NCBI GenBank assembly: GCA_027451365.1
Contig: DAIDJN010000041.1
Coordinates: 89,679-153,678 of the forward strand
DNA from: Phycisphaerales bacterium
GTDB lineage: Bacteria > Planctomycetota > Phycisphaerae > WQYP01
Direction of reading: 5' to 3'
Length of the DNA stretch: 64,000 nucleotides
Shown in pieces: positions 57,282-64,000 of the stretch; the stretch's first letter is position 1, and each line of letters starts with the position of its first letter. The notes beneath the pieces were generated by a model, which saw only the letters and a list, made by a program, of their open reading frames with translations, did not search any database and was not told where the DNA came from. The translations under genes were made by a program, and so were the position numbers.

Positions 57282-57956
57282 TTATTTTTTTCCTATTCCG
57301 TCCACTAGCGTTTGCACGATGTCGCGGGCAATTTCCAGTGGATCGCGCTCCCCGGCGCAGGGCCGGCCGTGCGAAAAGTTCAGCACCTTGTTGGCATAAC
57401 CATTCACCAGGCACCACCAGGCCAGCACCAGCATATCGGAGTCTCCCGCACGGATTTCGCCGGCCTTCTGGCCCTGCCGGACGGTTTCCAGAAGCAGCAT
57501 ACGGCCATTGGCGGATGCCGCCTCCACCGGGGACGTCGGCGTTCCGCCACAGCAGCCATCGCGGGATTTCCGCAATTCCGGCCGGTGCATCAGACGGAAT
57601 TCCGCCGGGTGTTCAATCGCAAAGCGAACAAATTCCACCCCCATGGCAATTAATTTATCCAGAGAATTGCCGCGCGTTTTATGCTGCTGAAGGCGCATTG
57701 CGTCTATCATCGCGGTGATGCAGGAAACAGTGGCGGCTTCCAGAATCGCGCCTTTGTCGCGGAAATGGTGGTATGGCGCGTTGTGGCTTACTCCCGCCTG
57801 CTGGGCCACACGGCGAATGGTCAGGCCATCCGGACCGCGTTTGTCCACGATTTTAATCGCGGCTGAAACCAGCTCGGCGCGCAGGTTTCCATGGTGATAG
57901 CCGCGGGCAATTTCCGGCGATTTGCGGGCCTTGGATCGCCGGGAGTGCTTAGGCAT
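57282..57956 (-). CDS. TetR-family regulator with WHG-like C-terminus
   Basis: YHHGNLRAELV, LTIRRVAQQAGVSHNAPYHHFRDK; divergent from the RND operon; alternative start 57974. Confidence 0.92.
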   Translation of the reverse strand: MPKHSRRSKARKSPEIARGYHHGNLRAELVSAAIKIVDKRGPDGLTIRRVAQQAGVSHNAPYHHFRDKGAILEAATVSCITAMIDAMRLQQHKTRGNSLDKLIAMGVEFVRFAIEHPAEFRLMHRPELRKSRDGCCGGTPTSPVEAASANGRMLLLETVRQGQKAGEIRAGDSDMLVLAWWCLVNGYANKVLNFSHGRPCAGERDPLEIARDIVQTLVDGIGKK

Positions 57957-57965
57957 AACTGTTAA

Positions 57966-58007
57966 TCTTGACATAGTCTAAATTGTAGCCTATCTTGACA
58001 GTGTCAA
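57966..58007. promoter_or_regulatory. Two putative TetR operators
   Basis: Palindrome TTGACA-G-TGTCAA (57995-58007) and imperfect copy TTGACATAGTCTA (57968-57980) between the divergent genes. Confidence 0.7.
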
Positions 58008-58146
58008 CAAGGATGGTCGTCGCGGAAAGCCGTGAAATGTGTTTGCCGGCTGCGTCGATCAATCCGGTTACGGCGATGCCCAACCGGATTGCCTGGCGGG
58101 GTGTTGAACCCGACCCCGACATGTTGTCCCCGAGATCAGGACAGTT

Positions 58147-59757
58147 ATGGAAAATGTTTCCCTATCGCCCCAATGCCGACCAGAAAATCCGGATCGTCAA
58201 CCGGGCCGCGCCTTTTGGCGGGGCTTGGTTCCCTGCGCCCTGCTGATTGGTCTGGGGATGGCCGGTTGTTCCTTTGAACCGCCATTGCATGTCCCCCCCG
58301 CGCCGCAAGTGCATGCCTATACCGCCGGCAAACCCGTCCGCGGAACTGTCGCGGTCAAGGGCGTGGGCCAGGCCGGTGCGGGGCAGCGGTTCGCCTATGG
58401 AAAAAAAATCCGGCGCACCTGGTGGAGACTTCTGAAATCAAAACAGATAAACGCATTAATCAAACGGGCGGTCGCCCACAGCCCCACCATCACTCAGGCA
58501 CTGGCCACCCTGCAAGAGGCGCACCAGAACACGAAAGCCATTGATGGTGAAGGCTGGCCGCAGGTGTCGCTGACCGGAGGCGGCGACCGTCAGCGATTCA
58601 GCGGCGCGCAATTCGGTGGTCCGACCCGCAGCTTCAGTCTGTACACCGGGCAGGTGAATGTCAGTTACACGCCGGACCTGTTCGGTTTGAACAAACTTGC
58701 CCGTCATCAGACCCGCGCCCTGGAGGATGCCCAGCGGTTTAATCTGCAGGAGGCATATCTAACGCTGGAGGGAAACACTGTTTCCGATGCCATATTAATG
58801 GCCTCGTATGAAGCGCAAATACGGACCACCCGCAAGCTTGTTACGATTCAGCGGAATATTCTCAAGTTGATTGCGCAACAGTACAAGCTTGGCGCAGTAA
58901 CATATTTAGACGTGTTAAATCAACGGACATTGCTGGAAACCACAAAAGCCAGGTTGCCCCCGTTGAAACAATCGCTTGCCGCAGTGCGCCATGCTCTGGC
59001 GGTTCTGGTGGGAACGATCCCTTCCCAGGCCGGATTGCCCTCCATTCGCCTGAAATCATTGAAACTGCCGATGATGATCCCCGTCTCGCTGCCGTCGGTT
59101 CTGACGCGCAATCGGCCGGATATTAAACTTGCCGAGGCCGAGCTTCGCGCTGACAACGCCTCCATCGGCGTGGCCATTGCCAAAATGTACCCCACCGTTC
59201 AACTCACCGGCGACCTGGGGTTTGAAAATGGACGCATTCCCGACTTTTTCAATGCCTCAAGCCTGATCTGGGATGTTGCCGCCAATGCCAGCGTGACGCT
59301 GTTTGACGGCGGCACACTTATTGCCAACAAGCGGGCGGCCCAGGCGGCCCTTCGGGCGCAGATTGCCGCCTATCAATCCACTGTCCTGGCCGCTTTTCAA
59401 CAGGTTGCCGATGCGCTGCGGGCGATACAGAATGATGCAACGTCGCTGAAGTTCAATCAGTCCGCATATATCAGCGCGGGCCAGGCATTCGTTCTGGCCC
59501 GCAGACAATACCGCGCCGGTGCCATTGATTATCTTTCCCTGCTTAACACCCAGACGCAATTCCAACAGTCCGAACTTGGCGTTGTAACCGCCGAAGCTCA
59601 GCGCTATCGGGATACCGCCGCGCTGTTTGTGGCGTTGGGCGGTGGCTGGTGGCCGAAGCAATATTCCCGCCAAAAGCAGGCCGTTGCGCCGGCGCGGACC
59701 CGCCCCGCAGCGGCAAAGCCGACGAATAAGTCCAATCAAGTGAATGCGATTCCATAA
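58147..59757 (+). CDS. RND outer-membrane factor lipoprotein (NodT/OprM family)
   Basis: Lipobox MAGC; WWRL, SYTPDLFG, PSVLTRNRPDI..AE, ALGGGW. Confidence 0.93.
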   Translation: MENVSLSPQCRPENPDRQPGRAFWRGLVPCALLIGLGMAGCSFEPPLHVPPAPQVHAYTAGKPVRGTVAVKGVGQAGAGQRFAYGKKIRRTWWRLLKSKQINALIKRAVAHSPTITQALATLQEAHQNTKAIDGEGWPQVSLTGGGDRQRFSGAQFGGPTRSFSLYTGQVNVSYTPDLFGLNKLARHQTRALEDAQRFNLQEAYLTLEGNTVSDAILMASYEAQIRTTRKLVTIQRNILKLIAQQYKLGAVTYLDVLNQRTLLETTKARLPPLKQSLAAVRHALAVLVGTIPSQAGLPSIRLKSLKLPMMIPVSLPSVLTRNRPDIKLAEAELRADNASIGVAIAKMYPTVQLTGDLGFENGRIPDFFNASSLIWDVAANASVTLFDGGTLIANKRAAQAALRAQIAAYQSTVLAAFQQVADALRAIQNDATSLKFNQSAYISAGQAFVLARRQYRAGAIDYLSLLNTQTQFQQSELGVVTAEAQRYRDTAALFVALGGGWWPKQYSRQKQAVAPARTRPAAAKPTNKSNQVNAIP

Positions 59758-59785
59758 AGCCTCACCCATTTAAGGATTTGTCATC

Positions 59786-60886
59786 ATGTTCAAACGTCTG
59801 TTTCTTGCCATATTTCTGCTGGTTATAATTGGCGGATTGCTGGTGGCTATTTTTGGTTTTAAGGCATTTATAAACCGGAAAATAGCCAACGTCATGGCGC
59901 ATCTGCCGGTGCCCCCCGTGACGGTTTCCACCGCCAAGGCCGGTAATGCTTCCTGGCCGGTGAATCTGTCTGCGGTAGGTTCACTAACCGCGGTGCAAAG
60001 TGTGGATTTAACCGCACAAATATCGGGCAATGTGACGGGAATCTATTTTCATTCCGGCAAGGAAGTCAAGCCGGGGCAATTGCTTCTGCAAATTGATAAT
60101 TCAACCCAATTGGCTCAACTTCGTGTGGACCAGGCGAATCTGGCCCTGGCAAGAACCAATTTGGCCAGAACGATTAAGCTGATCAAGGTTCGCGCCGCTG
60201 CGCAATCACAACTTGATACCTATCGGGCCAATGTGGCTACAGCGTTGGCGCAGGTTCAATCGGACAATGCCACTCTGGCCAAACTGGCCATTCGCGCCCC
60301 GTTTGCCGGCTATCTGGGGCTGCGGCAAGTCAGTCTGGGGCAGTTTGTCGCACCGGGAACATCCATTGTGACGCTGAATTCGTGGCAGCCGATTTACGCG
60401 GTGTTTTCTATTCCGCAGAATAATATTGCCGCTCTGGCAATGGGCCGTAAAGTGACGTTGCGCGTCAACAGTTTTCCCGGACGCGTATTCACGGGAACCA
60501 TATCAGCGATTTCTTCACAGGTGGATGTGAATTCGCGGAATGTTCAGGTGCAGGCGACGTTTCCCAATAAAATGGAATTGCTTAAACCCGGCATGTTCGG
60601 TGATATTTCCGTGGCGACGGGCAAGGTGCTGCACGTGACTGTTGTCCCGGCGCTTGCCGTCGCCTACAGCACATTTGGGGATTATGTCTATGTGGTAAAA
60701 AAGACCGGCAAGGGAAAAAAGGTTGTCCTGACCGCCAAACAGATTCTCGTGCATCCTGGATTGCAACGTGGAGATATGGTGGCCATTACTTCCGGCATTA
60801 AGGCCGGCCAGACCGTTATAACCGTCGGGCAGATCAAACTTCATCCTGGCGCTGTCATTTTAATTAATAATTCAGTCAAGCCCTGA
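59786..60886 (+). CDS. RND periplasmic adaptor (MFP)
   Basis: N-terminal TM; G.EVKPGQLL, IRAPFAG, L.PGMF, G.KAGQTVIT.GQ.KL. Confidence 0.93.
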   Translation: MFKRLFLAIFLLVIIGGLLVAIFGFKAFINRKIANVMAHLPVPPVTVSTAKAGNASWPVNLSAVGSLTAVQSVDLTAQISGNVTGIYFHSGKEVKPGQLLLQIDNSTQLAQLRVDQANLALARTNLARTIKLIKVRAAAQSQLDTYRANVATALAQVQSDNATLAKLAIRAPFAGYLGLRQVSLGQFVAPGTSIVTLNSWQPIYAVFSIPQNNIAALAMGRKVTLRVNSFPGRVFTGTISAISSQVDVNSRNVQVQATFPNKMELLKPGMFGDISVATGKVLHVTVVPALAVAYSTFGDYVYVVKKTGKGKKVVLTAKQILVHPGLQRGDMVAITSGIKAGQTVITVGQIKLHPGAVILINNSVKP

Positions 60887-60901
60887 GCAGGAACAGTTTT
60901 C

Positions 60902-63900
60902 ATGAAATTTACCGATATATTTGTCAAACGCTGGGTACTGGCCAGTGCCATTAATCTGATTATTCTCATCATGGGGGTGCGGTCGTGGCTGGGCATGACC
61001 GTGCGGGAATACCCGAATATCGTCAATGCGGTCGTCACCGTCACGACGTCTTATCCTGGAGCCAGTCCGGAAATTGTGCAGGGGTTTATTACCGCCCGTC
61101 TGGAACAGGCCATCGCGCAGGCGCCGGACATTGACTACATGACCGCGACCAGCGCTGAAAGCACCTCCGCGATAAGCGTGTACATGAAGCTCAATACCAA
61201 TCCAAGTTCCGCCGTGGCGCAGATTCTGGCCAAGGTTAAACAGGTGGCCAGTCAGTTGCCACCGGAAAGTCAGTCACCGGTCATAAACGAAACCGTGGGA
61301 GATTCCCGCGCTCTGATGTATCTGGCGTTTTACAGCAAAACCATGAACCAGCAGCAGATTGTGGATTATCTTCTGCGTGTGGTTCAGCCACAGGTTCAGG
61401 CGATTCCGGGCGTAAGCCAGGCGCAAATTCTGCCTCCCGGCACCGGCTCCAGCGGCAACAGCTATGCGGTACGCGTCTGGCTGCATCCAAATAAAATGGC
61501 GGCGCTGGGCATTACGGCCGCCGATGTTTCAACCGCCCTGGCCGAAAACAACTATATTTCCGCGGTAGGCCGCATCAAAGGCAAAAACATCGCCAAGGTT
61601 ATTACCGCGACAACATCGCTGAATAACATAGACCAGTTCCAGAAACTGATTGTCAGCTATGTGAATGGCGCGCCGATTTACCTCAAAGATGTCGCCCGTG
61701 TGGAACTTGGTGCCCAAAGCTATAATTCCGCGGTTTATCTTAACGGCATTCCGGCAACCTTCATCGGCATAACTCCCACGCCCGATGCCAACGACTTGAC
61801 CGTGGCCCACCTGGCCCATGTGCTGTTCCGCCATATTCAAAAATCCGTTCCCAGCGGCATGCACGCAACGATTGGTTACGATGGCAGCATTTACATTACC
61901 AAGGCAATTCAGGAAGTGTACCATACCGTGGGCATTACGCTGGGCATTGTGGTGCTGGTGGTGTTCCTGTTTTTAGGCTCGTTGCGCTCCCTGTTGATTC
62001 CGATGGTGGCCATACCCCTGTCGGTGTTGGGGGGCGGCATATTCATGGTGGCCGCCGGGTTTTCCGTCAACCTGCTGACCATGCTGGCCGTTATTCTGGC
62101 GATCGGTCTGGTGGTGGATGACGCGATTATCATGGTGGAAAACATTCACAGGCATATAGATGAAGGACTGACTCCATTTAATGCGGCCATCAAGGGCGCT
62201 CGTGAACTGGCCGGTCCTATTGTGGTTATGTCCACCACTTTGGCGGCGGTGTTTGCGCCCATTGGCTTTATGGGCGGTTTGACCGGCAGTCTGTTTACGG
62301 AATTTGCCTTCACGCTGGTTTTCACCGTGCTGGTTTCCATGGTCGTGGCGCTGACGCTTTCTCCCATGATGGGCAGCAAACTGCTTAGACCCAGCAAGGA
62401 CCACGGGCTGGTGCACACCTTGGACATGCTGTTCGCCGGGCTGCGCCGCATGTACGACGCCTCGCTTGAACTTGTTCTGGAAATTCGCCCCGTGGTTCTG
62501 CTTATCGCCGTCGCGATTTTCGTCAGCATTCCGTTCCTGGTGATGGGCGCAAAAAGCGAACTGGCACCCACGGAAGACCAGGGCATTCTCTTCTTCACCG
62601 CCACCGGCCCACCCACGGCGACACTGCATTATATGAACGCGTATGCCAAACAGATTCGAAATATCTGCCGCAGCTTTCCGCAGTCGGATAACATATTTCA
62701 GGTCAACGGCTTTTCGCCCATCGGGCCGGGGCAAAATGCCCTGATCGGCGGCATGTTGCTCAAACCCTGGGACCAGCGCACAATGACTCAGATGCAGCTT
62801 CAGCCCGAACTGCAGAAGAAACTCGCCGGTGTGGCCGGATTGCAGGTCACCTCTTTTGCGCTGCCTTCACTGCCGGGGACGCCTTTGGGATTGCCGATTC
62901 AGTTTGTGCTTACTTCCACCAAAGGCTACAAAGACCTCGATCTGGCGGCCAATCATTTAATAGCGAGCGCTTATAAAAGTGGTCAGTTCCTTTTTGTGAC
63001 CAAAGATCTGCGTTACGATAATCCGCAGATTAAACTGATTATCCATCGCAATATCGCCGCCGCCCTGGGCTTAAACATGACGCAAATCGGCCTGAACCTG
63101 GAACCGCTGCTGGGGGGAAACTTTGTCAACCGTTTTGACCTTCAGGGCCGAAGTTACAAGGTCATTCCACAACTTGCCGATCCGCGACGGGCCACATCTC
63201 AAATGCTGAACAACTATTACGCCCGCACCGCGTCCGGTGCCATGGTGCCATTTTCGACATTCATTACCATTGACCATGTGGTGCGCCCCGAATTTCTGCC
63301 ACAGTTTCAACAGCAGAATGCCGTCACGATTCAGGCTTTGCCCAAGCCTGGTGTAAGCATGGGACAGGCGCTGACCTTTCTGAAAAATGAAAAGCAGAAA
63401 CTTTACCCCACCGGCTACGGAATTGATTACGGTGCGGCTTCCCGGCAATTCATTCAGGAAGGCAGCGGTATTTATATTACCTTCCTGCTGGCTGTGGTGC
63501 TGGTATTTCTGCTGATGGCTGCACAGTTTGAAAGCTTCCGTGATCCTCTGATCGTTCTGTTTACGGTTCCCATGTCCATTTTCGGAGCCATTACATTCCT
63601 GTTTCTGGGTATCAGCACGCTCAATATTTATACAGAAGTCGGTCTGATTACCCTGATCGGCCTTATTACCAAGCAGGGAATCCTGATTGTTGAATTTGCC
63701 AATCGCGTGCAGGAAGAAGAAGGTCTGGACCGTAAGGCGGCGGTTATTAAAGCCTCCAGTGTGCGACTGCGGCCGATTCTGATGACCACCGGGGCCATGG
63801 TTTTTGGCGTAGTGCCTCTGCTTATTGCCAGCGGTGCCGGCGCGGTCAGCCGTTTCGACATGGGCCTGATGATTGCCTCGGGGCTTTCCATTGGTTGTCT

Positions 63901-63982
63901 GTTTTCACTTTATATTATTCCCGTGGCCTACACCTACATTGCCAGTGTCAAGCCGCGCATAACGACGGCCGTAAAGGAATAG
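60902..63982 (+). CDS. RND efflux permease (AcrB/MexW-like)
   Basis: MKFTDIFVKR, AIGLVVDDAI, FTEFAFTL, AAQFESFRDP, GILIVEFAN, RLRPILMT. Confidence 0.96.
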   Translation: MKFTDIFVKRWVLASAINLIILIMGVRSWLGMTVREYPNIVNAVVTVTTSYPGASPEIVQGFITARLEQAIAQAPDIDYMTATSAESTSAISVYMKLNTNPSSAVAQILAKVKQVASQLPPESQSPVINETVGDSRALMYLAFYSKTMNQQQIVDYLLRVVQPQVQAIPGVSQAQILPPGTGSSGNSYAVRVWLHPNKMAALGITAADVSTALAENNYISAVGRIKGKNIAKVITATTSLNNIDQFQKLIVSYVNGAPIYLKDVARVELGAQSYNSAVYLNGIPATFIGITPTPDANDLTVAHLAHVLFRHIQKSVPSGMHATIGYDGSIYITKAIQEVYHTVGITLGIVVLVVFLFLGSLRSLLIPMVAIPLSVLGGGIFMVAAGFSVNLLTMLAVILAIGLVVDDAIIMVENIHRHIDEGLTPFNAAIKGARELAGPIVVMSTTLAAVFAPIGFMGGLTGSLFTEFAFTLVFTVLVSMVVALTLSPMMGSKLLRPSKDHGLVHTLDMLFAGLRRMYDASLELVLEIRPVVLLIAVAIFVSIPFLVMGAKSELAPTEDQGILFFTATGPPTATLHYMNAYAKQIRNICRSFPQSDNIFQVNGFSPIGPGQNALIGGMLLKPWDQRTMTQMQLQPELQKKLAGVAGLQVTSFALPSLPGTPLGLPIQFVLTSTKGYKDLDLAANHLIASAYKSGQFLFVTKDLRYDNPQIKLIIHRNIAAALGLNMTQIGLNLEPLLGGNFVNRFDLQGRSYKVIPQLADPRRATSQMLNNYYARTASGAMVPFSTFITIDHVVRPEFLPQFQQQNAVTIQALPKPGVSMGQALTFLKNEKQKLYPTGYGIDYGAASRQFIQEGSGIYITFLLAVVLVFLLMAAQFESFRDPLIVLFTVPMSIFGAITFLFLGISTLNIYTEVGLITLIGLITKQGILIVEFANRVQEEEGLDRKAAVIKASSVRLRPILMTTGAMVFGVVPLLIASGAGAVSRFDMGLMIASGLSIGCLFSLYIIPVAYTYIASVKPRITTAVKE

Positions 63983-64000
63983 TTCGGAGAAAATCGGGCT

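Overview
Bacterial chromosomal window, most consistent with a diderm planctomycete (Phycisphaerae-like); the lineage is inferred from gene content, not verified. Exported proteins are strongly basic and Glu-poor, which suggests an acidophile. From left to right: the tail of an operon with two pseudokinases (one fused to a TM helix and an FGE/SUMF1 domain) and a TssJ-like lipoprotein; tRNA-Arg(TCT); a J-like membrane protein with an atypical Hsp70; a cytochrome c-porin-lipoprotein cytochrome c operon under a perfect Rex/CRP-type box, next to ahbD/ahbC-like haem genes (a fused ahbAB lies at 35 kb); an AbrB-Doc TA pair whose toxin has lost its catalytic His; a GH95-like/esterase cluster; a nucleoside ABC transporter; an IS3 remnant; murJ, yidC and recN; then an accessory block (45.8-55 kb) with two DUF3494 ice-binding genes, a diguanylate cyclase, DUF3309, sigma54 promoters in front of five genes, an atypical sigma54 activator and a 1.15-kb nested REP-like tandem array; a BglII/BstYI-type R-M pair; and a TetR-regulated RND pump. 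Five secreted proteins carry a PEP-CTERM-like tail lacking the Glu. Best candidates for undescribed systems: the redox-regulated cytochrome-porin-cytochrome conduit, the local sigma54 regulon with its repeat array, and the pseudokinase/TssJ-like module. All family assignments come from motif recognition by eye; no searches were run.
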